DNA of 64,000 bases, from positions 37,386,001 through 37,450,000 of the forward strand of contig NW_025964383.1 in NCBI RefSeq assembly GCF_023055435.1, in the 5' to 3' direction. Below are positions 25,701 to 40,700 of this stretch, piece after piece. The notes beneath the pieces were generated by a model. It saw nothing but the letters and a program-made list of their open reading frames with translations. It made no database searches and was not told the DNA's origin. The stretch's first letter is position 1, and each line of letters begins with the position of its first letter. Both the position numbers and the translations under genes were made by a program. This DNA is from Haliotis rufescens. Its lineage: Eukaryota.

Positions 25701-28700
25701 GAAATTGGGAATATGGAGACTAATCATATACCTCTGGCTGAGAAAAGTCCCCCGGTCAAGTGCCATCTGTCTCTACAGCACCCACGGGTGAAGGGCCTAC
25801 CCCAGCCGACCGTACCGATCAACCATCCATCCTGACAGCCAGACTGCCAGCTGTTCAGCCAACTGATAAGCCGTACGGCTCACAGAAACAAACTGCACTT
25901 CAAGAAACATCCTATCTTGAAGACTCAAGCTGTCGGACTCAGATTTCATCCAGTCGGAGCCAAGCTAGTGGCAGCACATCTGGCCGTCAGGAAGCTCTAA
26001 TTGACCTAAAGATCCTCAACAAGAAATTCCTCGTACCCCCGCAAAAAACTCCAGATGGAATCCAGGAGACAGGAGACTGGTTTATCAGCCTCGATTTAAA
26101 AGATGCCTGTCTTCACGTCACGATACACCAATCGTCATGCAAATATCTATGCTTCGTGATCAATGGTCAACGTAACGAGTTCCAGGTCTTGTCATTCAGG
26201 ATATCAATAGCCCCTTGCCTATTGACCATGATTACAGAGCCAGTCATCAGGTTTGCCCACCTCTACCTGGTTTGAATCCATGGATACCTGGACGATTTCC
26301 TGGCTCCAGACCAAAAGGAAGCTCAGTTACACCAGAACATGATATTCTTGGTCCAACTAATGACCTTCTTCGGCTTCCTACCTGGAAACTGAACATCCCT
26401 GCTGACAGCCTTTCTGCCAGGGGCAAATAGTAGCAACAGAATAGGGTTTACATCCCCAGATCTTTGCTTAGATAACCACGCTATGGGACACACCACACCT
26501 AGATATACTTGCCACCTGCCAGAACCATCAACTTATGTCAGTCCAGTTCCCGATCCAAGAGCTCACCAGATTGACGCACTGTCGATGGACTGGACGGGTC
26601 TATTTGCATAAGCATTCCCACCATGGTCTCTCCTAGACAACGTCATCCACAAGGTGGAGGAAACGGATCGCATAATAATCCTGATAGCACCAATATGGCC
26701 TAGCAGAGCGTGGTTATCCAGATTACTAAGACTACTATTTGAAGAACCTATCCAGTTACCTCTCAATCGAGATCTGTTACGACAACCCAAGTCCAGCATT
26801 TTCCATGACATCTATAAACAAATTAACTACATCTAACTGCTTGGAAATTATCACGCAGCAAATGCAGACATCCGGATACTCTGAGCTTGCCTCAGAAGCT
26901 GTGGCATGATAATGGAGACCTTCATCATCCCTTATAAATAACAACTGATGGTACAGTGGAGAAGACGACAAGGGATTATAACTAATGCTATGTCTATCCC
27001 AATGGTAGCGGATTTTCTACTACATCTACGTCAGGACAATAAATTCCGACATGGAACCTTACGAGCCCCTGGCTTAGGCTACCTTACTAAAAAAATCCAG
27101 GAATGCTTCCTTCCTCCTTGCCATGGCGACAGCAGCAAGTGTTTCAGAATTCCATGCTATGGACTTTTCTAGTCTCACCAATGATCAACATTGGACCTCA
27201 ATAACTCTAAGATCAATCCCAGAGTTTGTAGCCAAGAATCAATCTACCACGATGGGTTCGTTGGGCCATAGACCCTATACCATTCCTGCTTTGGAACCAA
27301 CAGTGGATCACCCAGACTTTATGTCCCTTCAGAGCTCCCAAGTTCTACCTCTGGGCTACAGACCCATATAGACGCCATCGAAGGAGACTCTTTATATCCT
27401 GCAAGACTCATTCCAACAAGGACATAACCAAGGCCACACGCTACCGTCGCAGCAAGTTATACACAGGCTCAGAATTCCACACCACGTTTGGATCCGGCTC
27501 AGCTCATAAAAAGTGACGACATCACGAGAAGTGGGACAATAACCGGAAGTGACGTCAGCACTGGAAATGGAAGTGCAAGGTCCATCTAATGAGGAAATGA
27601 CGTCTTTGGTAGAAATAGACCTTGAGAGACGTCATTACCCAATAAAAGGGCTTGAGAGACGTCATTACTCAATAAAAGTGACGTCAGCACCGGAATTGAC
27701 GTCCGCAATGGTATTAGTGGCACATCCAAATTTAACAAGAAATGACATCATTGAGTAGGAATAGACCAGAAATGACATCAATATTACAAACAAGATCAGC
27801 AAATATAACGGTAATTCTAGTGAAGGTATCACATATTTGACTGATTCTTTATACATGTCTGATTTTCATGTCCTCAGGGGGAATTTCAGAGGAAATTATC
27901 TCGAGTCAGGATTAGCATCAGTGAATAATGGTTTCCAGGAGAGGATAACTGTCAATTACACAGGGAGTTACTAAAGGCAGGTCCCAACGGGTCCCTCTGA
28001 TATATTCTGGCAAAGATGTAATAGAGGTAGAGATTTCGTAAAAATTATCGATCAATAGTTATCATTGTTAATAATTCAAAGAAAACTACCTCTATTACAT
28101 CAGAAGTACTTCCACCCACCTCCCCAATTCATCTACCTCTAGCACCAGTGGTAGTTAGATGTGGGGAAAAAGTGAGGTTCCCGCTATTGCATACGTCATA
28201 GCTTGGGTGGTTACGATGCTATTTGGGAACAACTAATTGTGTGTGATTGACAGTGAAGAGGACGTCTGCTGAAAATCTGAAAACATTAGTTGGTGTGACT
28301 GAAGCCAAAATACAGGATTTATGGCAAAACTGTAATAGAGGTAATATTCTTAGAATTATTAACAATGATAACTATTGTTTGATATTCGCTGTTTATATGA
28401 AAGAAAAGTAAGAGCTCCGTGTCAATTTGCCATTGAGGTATGTTGATAAAAATACACGTTATAGTTATCCATCTTCCTAACGAGAGATTCGTCTAGTTAC
28501 CACTGCGTATGTAACAGGTTACACTACGGCCTACATTGCACTACACTACACTACACTACACTACACTACACTACACTACACTACACTACACTACACTAAT
28601 TGAGTGTGTAACAGGTTACACAACGGTCTACACTGCACTACACTACACTACACTAACTCAGTGTGTAACAGGTTACACCACGGTCTACAATGCACTACAC

Positions 28701-31700
28701 AACACTACACTACACTAACTGAGTGTGTAACAGGTTACACCATGGTCTACACTACACGATACTACACTAGACTAACTGAGTGTGTAACAGGTTACACCAC
28801 GGTCTACACTGCACTACACTACACTATACTAACTGAGTGTGTAACAGGTTACACCACGGTCTACACTGCACTACACTCCACTACACTGAGTGTGTAACAG
28901 GTTACACCACTTTCTACACTACACTACACTAAACTACACTAACTGCGTATATAACACGTTACACCACGGTCTACACTACACTACACTACACTATACTACA
29001 CTATACTAACTGAGTGTGTAAAAGGTTACACCACGGTCTACACTGCACTACACTACACTATACTACACTATACTAACTGAGTGTGTAACAGGTTACACCA
29101 CGGTCTACACTGCACTACACTACACTATACTACACTATACTAACTGAGTGTGTAACAGGTTACACCACGGTCTACACTGCACTACACTACACTATACTAC
29201 ACTACACTAACTGAGTGTGTAACAGGTTACACCACGGTCTACACTCCACTTCACTACACTATACCAACTGAGTATGTAACAGGTTACACCTCGGTCTGCA
29301 ATGCACTACACTTCACTACACTACACTAACTGAGTGTGTAACAGGTTACACCATGGTCTACACTGCACTGCACTACACTACACTACACTAACTGAGTGTG
29401 TCACAGGTTACAGAACGGTCTACACTGCACTACACTACACTAACTGAGTGTGTAACAGGTTACACAACGGTCTACACTGCACTACACTACACTATACTAA
29501 CTGAGTGTGTAACAGGTTACACAACGGTCTACACTGCACTACACTACACTAACTGAGTGTGTAACAGGTTACACAACGGTCTACAATGCACTACACTACA
29601 CTACACTACACTACACTAACTGAGTGTGTAACCGGTTACACCACGGTCTACACTGCACTTCACTACACTATACCAACTGAGTATGTAACATGTTACACCT
29701 CGGTCTGCAATGCACCACACTTCACTACACTACACTAACTGAGTGTGTAACAGGTTACACCACGGTCTACAATGCACTACCCTTCACTACACTACACTAC
29801 ACTAACTGAGTGTGTAACAGGTTACACCATGGTCTACACTGCACTTCACTACACTACACATACTGAGTGTGTAACAGGTTACACCACGGTCTACAATGCA
29901 CTACACTACACTACACTAAACTACACTACACTAACTGAGTGTGTAACAGGTTACACAACGGTCTACACTGCACTACACTACACTCACTGAGTGTGTAACA
30001 GGTAACACAACGGTCTCAACTGCACTACACTACACTATACCAACTGAGTATGTAACAGGTTACACCTCGGTCTACAATGCACTACACTTCACTACACTAC
30101 ACTAACTGAGTGTGTAAAAGGTTACACCATGGTCTACACTGCTCTACACTACACTACACTAACTGAGTGTGTAACAGGTTACACAACGGTCTACACAGCA
30201 CTACACTACACTATACTACACTACACTATACTACTCTACACTAACTGAGTGTGTAACAGGTTACACAACGGTCTACACAGTAATACACTGCACTACACTA
30301 ACTGAGTGTCTAAAAGGTTACACAACGGTCTACACTGCATTACACTACTCTAACTGAGTGTGTAACAGGTTACACCACGGTCTACACTGCACTACACTAC
30401 ACTACACTAACTGAGTGTGTAACAGGTTACACAACGGTCTACACTGCACTACAATATACTAACTGAGTGTGTAACAGGTTACACAACGGTCTACACTGCA
30501 CTACACCACACTACACTATACTACACTATACTAACTGAGTGTGTAACAGGTTACACAACGGTCTACACAGCACTACACTACACTAAAATACACTACACTA
30601 CACTACACTATACTACACTACACTAACTGAGTGTGTAACGAGTTACACAACGGTCTACACAGTACTACAATGCACTACACTAACTGAGTGTCTAACAGGT
30701 TACACAACGGTCTACACTGCACTACACTACACTAATTGAGTGTGTAACAGGTTACACCACGGTCTTCACTGCACTACACTACACTATACTAACTGAGTGT
30801 GAAACAGGTTACACCACGGTCTACACTACACTACACTTCACTACACTACACTACACTAACTGAGTGTGTAACAGGTTACACCACGGTCTACACTCCACAA
30901 CACTACACTATACTAATTGAGTGTGTAACAGGTTACACCACGGTCTACACTGCACTACACTACACTACACTAACTGAGTGTGTAACAGGTGACACCATGG
31001 TCTACACTGCACTTCACTACACTACACTTACTGAGTGCATAAGAGGTTACACCACGGTCGACAATGCACTTCACTACACTACACTACACTAAACTACACT
31101 ACACTACACTAACTGAGTGTACAGGTTACACCACGGTCTACACTGCACTTCACTACACTATACTACACTATACTAACTGAGTGTGTAACAGGTTACACAA
31201 CGGTCTACACTGCACTACACTACACTACACTTTACTACACTACACTATACTATACTACACTACACTAACTGAGTGTGTAACAGGTTACACAACGGTCTAC
31301 ACTGCACTACACTACACTACACTTTACTACACTACACTATACTATACTACACTACACTAACTGAGTGTGTAACAGGTTACATCACGGTCTACAATGCACT
31401 ACACTACACTACACTACACTACACTACACTACACTAAACTACACTATACTACACTACACTACACTAACTGGGTGTGTAACAGGTTACACAACGGTCTACA
31501 CTTCACTGCACTACACTAACTGAATGTGTAACAGGTTACACCACGGTCTACACTACACTATACTACACTACACTAACTGAATGAGCAACAGGTTACACAA
31601 CGGTCTACAGTGCACTACACTACACTACACTACACTATATCAACTGAGTGTGTAACAGGTTACACCACGGTCTACACTACACTTCACTACACTACACTAC

Positions 31701-34700
31701 ACTATACTAACTGAGTGTGTAACAGGTTACACCACGGTCTACAGTACACTATACTACACTACACTAACTGAGTGTGTAAGAGGTTACACCACGGTCTACA
31801 CTGCACTACACTACTCTACACTAACTGAGTGTATAACAGGTTACACAACGGTCTACACTGCACTACACTATACTAACTGAGTGTGTAACAGGTTACACAA
31901 CGGTCTACACTGCACTACACTACACTAACTGAGTGTGTAACAGGTTACACAACGGTCTACACTGCACTACACTACACTACACTATACTACACTATACTAA
32001 CTGAGTGTGTAACAGGTTACACAACGGTCTACACAACACTACACTACACTAAAATACACTACACTATACTACACTAGACTAACTGAGTGTGTAACAGGTT
32101 ACACAACGGTCTACACAGTACTGCAATGCACCACACTAACTCAGTGTCTAACAGGTTACACAACGGTCTACAATGCACTACACTACACTAATTGAGTTTG
32201 TAACAGGTAACACCACGGTCTACACTGCACTACACTACACTATACTAACTGAGTGTGAAACAGGTTACACTAAGATCTACACTACACTACACTACACTAC
32301 ACTACACTACACTACACTACACTACACTACACTACACTACACTAACTGAGTGTGTAACAGGTTACACCACGGTCTACACTGCACAACACGACACTATACT
32401 AATTGAGTGTGTAACAGGTTACACCACGGTCTACACTGCACTACACTACACTACACTAACTGAGTGTGTAACAGGTGACACCATGGTCTACACTGCACTT
32501 CACTACACTACACTTACTGAGTGCGTAAGAGGTTACACCACGGTCGACAATGCACTTCACTACACTACACTACACTAAACAACACTACACTACACTAACT
32601 GAGTGTGTAACAGGTTACACCACGGTCTACACTGCACTTCACTACACTGCACTACACTATACTACACTACACTACACTAACTGAGTTTGTAACAGGTTAC
32701 ACCACGGTCTATACTGCACTTCACTACACTACACTACACTAAACTACACTAACTGCGTATGTAACACGTTACACCACGGTCTACACTACACTACACTACA
32801 CTATACTACACTATACTAACTGAGTGTGTAACAGGTTACACAACGGTCTACACTGCACTACACTACACTACACTTTACTACACTACACTATACTATACTA
32901 CACTACACTAACTGAGTGTGTAACAGGTTACACAACGGTCTACACTGCACTACACTACACTACACTTTACTACACTACACTATACTATACTACACTCCAC
33001 TAACTGAGTGTGTAACAGGTTACACCACGGTCTACAATGTACTACACTACACTACACTAACTGAGTGTGTAACAGGTCACACCATGGTCTACACTGCACT
33101 TCACTACACTACACTACACTACACTAAACTACACTACACTACACTAACTGAGTGTGTAACAGGTTACCCCACGGTCTACACTGCACTTCACTACACTGCA
33201 CTACACTATACTACACTACACTACACTAACTGAGTGTGTAACAGGTTACACCACGGTCTATACTGCACTTCACTACACTACACTCCACTAAACTACACTA
33301 ACTGCGTATGTAACATGTTACACTACGGTCTACACTACACTACACTACACTATACTACACCATACTAACTGAGTGTGTAACAGGTTACATAACGGTCTAC
33401 ACTGCACTACACTACACTACACTTTACTACACTACACTATACTATACTACACTACACTAACTGAGTGTGTAACAGGTTACACCATGGTCTACAATGCACT
33501 ACACTACACTACACTAACTGAGTGTGTAACAGGTCACACCATGGTCTACACTGCACTTCACTACACTACATTAACTGAGTGTGTACGGGTTACACCACGG
33601 TCGACAATGCACTACACTACACTACACGTACTGAGTGTGTAACAGGTTATACCACGGTCGACAATGCACTACACTACACTACACTACACTACACTAACTG
33701 AATGTGTAACAGGTTACACCACGGTCTACAGTACACTATACTACACTACACTAACTGAGTGTGTAACAGGTTACATCACGGTCTACAATGCACTACACTA
33801 CACTACACTACACTACACTACCCTACACTAACTGAGGGTGTAACAGGTTACACCATGGTCTACACTACACTATACTACACTACACTACACTAACTGGGTG
33901 TGTAACAGGTTACACAACGGTCTACACTTCACTGCACTACACTAACTGAATGTGTAACAGGTTACACCACGGTCTACACTACACTATACTACACTACAGT
34001 AACTTAGTGAGCAACAGGTTACACAACGGTCTACAGTACACTACACTACACTACACTACACTATATCAACTGAGTGTGTAACAGGTTACACCACGGTCTA
34101 CACTACACTCCACTACACTACACTACACTATACTAACTGAGTGTGTAACAGGTTACACCACGGTCTACAGTACACTATACTACACTACACTAACTGAGTG
34201 TGTAACAGGTTACACCACGGTCTACACTACACTACACTACACTACACTACACTACACTAGCTGAGTGTGTAACAAGTAACACCACGGTCTACACTACACT
34301 ACACTAACTGCGTATGTAACATGTTACACCATGGTCTACACTGCACTACACTACACTATACTACACTACACTACACTACACTACACTACACTACACTACA
34401 CTACACTACACTACACTACACTACACTACACTAACTTCATATGTAACAGGTTACACCACGGTCTACACTGCACTACACTATACTACACTACACTCTACTA
34501 ACGGAGTGTATAACAGGTTACACAACGGTCTACACTGCACTACACTACAGTAACTGACTGTGTAACAGGTTACACAACGGTCTACACTGCACTACACTAC
34601 ACTAAATTACACTATACCAACTGGGTGTGTAACAGGTTACACAACGGTCTACACTGCACTACACTACACTGAGTGTGTAACAGGTTACATCACGGTCTAC

Positions 34701-37700
34701 ACTACACTACACTACACTAGACTACACTATACTAACTGAGTGTGTAACAGGTTACACAACGGTCTAAACTGCACTACACTACACTATACCAACTGAGTAT
34801 GTAACAGGTTACACCTCGGTCTACAATGCACTACACTTCACTACACTACACTAAGTGAGTGTGTAACAGGTTACACCATGGTCCACACTGCACTACACTA
34901 CACTACCCTAACTGAGTGTGTAACAGGTTACACAAAGGTCTACACAGCACTACACTACACTATACTACACTACACTACACTATACTACACTACACTAACT
35001 GAGTGTGTAACAGGTTATACAACGGTCTCCACAGTACTACACTGCACTACACTAACTGAGTGTCTAAAAGGTTACACAACGGTCTACACTGCACTACTCT
35101 ACACTAACTGAGTGTGTAATAGGTTACACCACGGTCTACACTGCACTACATTACACTATACTAACTGAGTGTGTAACAGGTTACACAACGGTCTACACTG
35201 CACTACACTACACTATACTAACTGAGTGTGTAACAGGTTACACAACGGTCTACACTGCACTACACTACACTAACTGAGTGTGTAACAGGTTACACCACGG
35301 TCTACACTGCACTACACTGCACTACACCACACTACACTACACTAAACTATACTAACTGCGTATGTAACACGTTACACCACGGTCTACACTACACTACACT
35401 ACACTATACTACACTATACTAACTGAGTGTGTAACAGGTTACACAACGGTCTACACTGCACTACACCACACTACACTTTACTACACTACACTATACTATA
35501 CTACACTACACTAACTGAGTGTGTAACAGGTTACACCATGGTCTACAATGCACTTCACTACACTACACTAACTGAGTGTGTAACAGGTCACACCATTATC
35601 TACACTGCACTTCACTACACTACATTAACTGAGTGTGTAACAGGTTACACCACGGTCGACAATGCACTACACTACACTACACTACACTTACTGAGAGTAG
35701 GTTACACCACCGTCGACAATGCACTACACTACACTACACTACACTAACTGAATGTGTAACAGGTTACACTACGGTCTACAGTACACTATACTACACTACA
35801 CTAACTGGGTGTGTAACAGGTTACACCACGGTGTAGAATGCACTACACTACACTACACTACACTACACTACACTACACTACACTACACTACACTACACTA
35901 ACTGAGGGTGTAACAGGTTACACCATGGTCTACACTACACAATTCTAAACTACACTACACTAACTGAGTGTGTAACAGGTTACACCACGGTCTACACTAC
36001 ACTACACTAACTGAGTGTGCAACAAGTTACACTACGGTCTACACTGCACTACACTACACTACACTATACCAACTGAGTGTGTAACAGGTTACACCACGGT
36101 CTACACTACACTTCACTACACTACACTATAGTAACTGAGTGTGTAACAGGTTACACCACGGTCTACATTACACTACACTACCCTACACTACACTACACTA
36201 CACTAGCTGAGTGTGTAAAAAGTTACACCACGGTCTACACTACACTACACTACACTACACTACACTAACTGCGTATGTAACATGTTACACCATGGTCTAC
36301 ACTGCACTACACTATACTATACTACACTACAATATACTACACTACACTATACTACACTACACTTCACTGTTACTGTTACAGGTTACAGGTTACACCACGG
36401 TCTACACTGCACTACACTGCACGACACTACACTCTACTAACGGAGTGTATAACAGGTTACACCACGGTCTACACTGCGCTACACTACACTACACTACACT
36501 AAACTACACTACCTGCGTATATAACACGTTACACCACGGTCTACACTACACTACACTACACTATACTACACTATACTAACTGAGTGTGTAACAGGTTACA
36601 CAACGGTCTACACTGCACTACATTACACTACACTTTACTACACTACAGTATACTTCACTACACTACACTAACTGAGTGTGTAACAGGTTACACAACAGTC
36701 TACACAGTACTACACTGCACTACACTAACTGAGTGTCTAAAAGGTTACACCACGGTCTACACTGCACTACACTACACTACACTACACTACACTAACTGAG
36801 TGTGTAACAGGTTACACCACGGTCTACACTCCACAACACTACACTATACTAATTGAGTGTGTAACAGGTTACACCACGGTCTACACTGCACTACACTACA
36901 CTACACTAACTGAGTGTGTAACAGGTGACACCATGGTCTACACTGCACTTCACTACACTACACTTACTGAGTGCATAAGAGGTTACACCACGGTCGACAA
37001 TGCACTTCACTACACTACACTACACTAAACTACACTACACTACACTAACTGAGTGTACAGGTTACACCACGGTCTACACTGCACTTCACTACACTATACT
37101 ACACTATACTAACTGAGTGTGTAACAGGTTACACAACGGTCTACACTGCACTACACTACACTACACTTTACTACACTACACTATACTATACTACACTATA
37201 CTAACTGAGTGTGTAACAGGTTACACAACGGTCTACACTGCACTACACTACACTACACTTTACTACACTACACTATACTATACTACACTACACTAACTGA
37301 GTGTGTAACAGGTTACACCACGGTCTACACTGCACTTCACTACACTACACTACACTAACTGAGTGTGTAACAGGTTACACCACGGTCTACACTCCACTTC
37401 ACTACACTAAACTACACTACACTACAGTAACTGAGTGTGTGACAGGTTACACCACGGTCTACACTGCACTTCACTACACTACACTACACTAAACTACACT
37501 ACATTACACTACACTAACTGAGTGTGTAACAGGTTACACCACGGTCTACACTGCACTACACTACACTATACTAACTGAGTGTGAAACAGGTTACACAACG
37601 GTCTATACTGCACTACACTACACTATACTACTCTACACTAACTGAGTGTGTAACAGGTTACACCACGGTCTGAAATGTACTACAATACACTACACTAACT

Positions 37701-40700
37701 GAGTGTGTAACAGGTCACACCATGGTCTACACTGCACTTCACTACACTACACTAACTGAGTGTGTAAGAGGTTACACCACGGTCAACAATGCACTTCACT
37801 ACACTACACTACACTGAGTGTGTAACAGGTTACACCACGGTCTACACTGCACTTCACTACACTGCACTACACTATACTACACTACACTACACTAACTGAG
37901 TGTGTAACAGATTACACCACGGTCTACACTGCACTTCACTACACTAAACTACACTACACTACACTAACTGAGTGTGTAACAGGTTACACCACGATCTACA
38001 CTGCACTTCACTACACTGCACTACACTATACTACACTACACTACACTAACTGAATGTGTAACAGGTTACACCACGGTCTACACTACACTACACTACACTA
38101 AACTACACTACACTACACTAACTGAGTGTGTAACATGTTACACCACGGTCTATACTGCACTTCACTACACTGCACTACACTATACTACACTACACTACAC
38201 TAACTGAGTGTGTAACACGTTACACCACGGTCTACACTACATTACACTTCACTATACTACACTATACTAACTGAGTGTGTAACAGGTTACACAACGGTCT
38301 ACACTGCACTACACTACACTACACTACACTACACTATACTACACTACACTATACTATACTACACTACACTAACTGAGTGTGTAACAGGTTACACCATGGT
38401 CTACAATGCACTTCACTACACTACACTAACTGAGTGTGTAACAGGTCACACCATTATCTACACTGCACTTCACTACACTACATTAACTGAGTGTGTAACA
38501 GGTTACACCACGGTCGACAATGCACTACACTACACTACACTACACTTACTGAGAGTAGGTTACACCACCGTCGACAATGCACTACACTACACTACACTAC
38601 ACTAACTGAATGTGTAACAGGTTACACTACGGTCTACAGTACACTATACTACACTACACTAACTGAGTGTGTAACAGGTTACACCACGGTGTAGAATGCA
38701 CTACACTACACTACACTACACTACACTACACTACACTACACTACACTACACTACACTAACTGAGGGTGTAACAGGTTACACCATGGTCTACACTACACAA
38801 TTCTAAACTACACTACACTAACTGAGTGTGTAACAGGTTACACCACGGTCTACACTACACTACACTAACTGAGTGTGCAACAAGTTACACTACGGTCTAC
38901 ACTGCACTACACTACACTACACTATACCAACTGAGTGTGTAACAGGTTACACCACGGTCTACACTACACTTCACTACACTACACTATACTAACTGAGTGT
39001 GTAACAGGTTACACCACGGTCTACATTACACTACACTACCCTACACTACACTACACTACACTAGCTGAGTGTGTAAAAAGTTACACCACGGTCTACACTA
39101 CACTACACTACACTACACTACACTAACTGCGTATGTAACATGTTACACCATGGTCTACACTGCACTACACTATACTATACTACACTACAATATACTACAC
39201 TACACTATACTACACTACACTTCACTGTTACTGTTACAGGTTACAGGTTACACCACGGTCTACACTGCACTACACTGCACGACACTACACTCTACTAACG
39301 GAGTGTATAACAGGTTACACCACGGTCTACACTGCACTACACTACACTACACTACACTAAACTACACTACCTGCGTATATAACACGTTACACCACGGTCT
39401 ACACTACACTACACTACACTATACTACACTATACTAACTGAGTGTGTAACAGGTTACACAACGGTCTACACTGCACTACATTACACTACACTTTACTACA
39501 CTACAGTATACTTCACTACACTACACTAACTGAGTGTGTAACAGGTTACACAACGGTCTACACAGTACTACACTGCACTACACTAACTGAGTGTCTAACA
39601 GGTTACACAACGGTCTACACTGCACTACACTACACTACACTACACTACACTACACTACACTACACTACACTACACTACACTACACTACCCTAGCTGAGTT
39701 CTTAACAAGTTACACCACGGTTTACACCACACTACACTACACTACACTACACTACACTACACTACACTACACTACACTACACTACACTACACTACACTAC
39801 ACTAGCTGAGTGTGTAACAAGTTACACCACGGTCTACACTACACTACACTACACTAACTGCGTATGTAACATGTTACACCATGGTCTACACTGCACTACA
39901 CTATACTACACTACACTATACTACACTACACTTACTGAGTGTGTAACAGGTTACACAACGGTCTACACTGCACTACACTACACTAACTGTGTGTGTAACA
40001 GGTGACACCACGGTCTACACTGCACTACACTACACTATACTAACTGAGTGTGTAACGAGTTACACATTGGCCTACACTGCACTACACTACCCTAACTGAA
40101 TGTGTAACAGGTTACACCAAGGTCTACACTACACTAAGTGAGTGTGTAACAGGTTACACCACGGTCTACACTACAGTAACTGAGTGTGTAACAGGTTACA
40201 CCATGGTCTACACTGCACTACACGACACCAAAAGACACTAACTGAGTGTGAAATAGGTTACACCACGTTCTACACTACACTACACTACTCTACACTACAC
40301 TAACTGCGTATGTAACAGGTTACAACACGGTCTACACTGCACTACAATAATTGAGAGTGTAACAGGTTACACCACGGTCTACACTGCACTACACTATACT
40401 ACAGTACACTACACTACACTACACTATACTACACTACACTAACTGCGTATGTAACAGGTTACACCACAGTCTACACTGCACTACACTATACTATACAACA
40501 CTATACTACACTACTCTATACAAACGGAGTGTGAAACAGGTTACACAACGGTCTATACTGAACTACACTACACTACTCATACTGAGTGTGTAACAGGTTA
40601 CACAACGGTCTACACTGCACTACAATACACTGAGTGTGTAACAGGTTACAACACGGTCTACACTGCACTGCACTTACTGAGTGTGTAACAGGTTACACCA

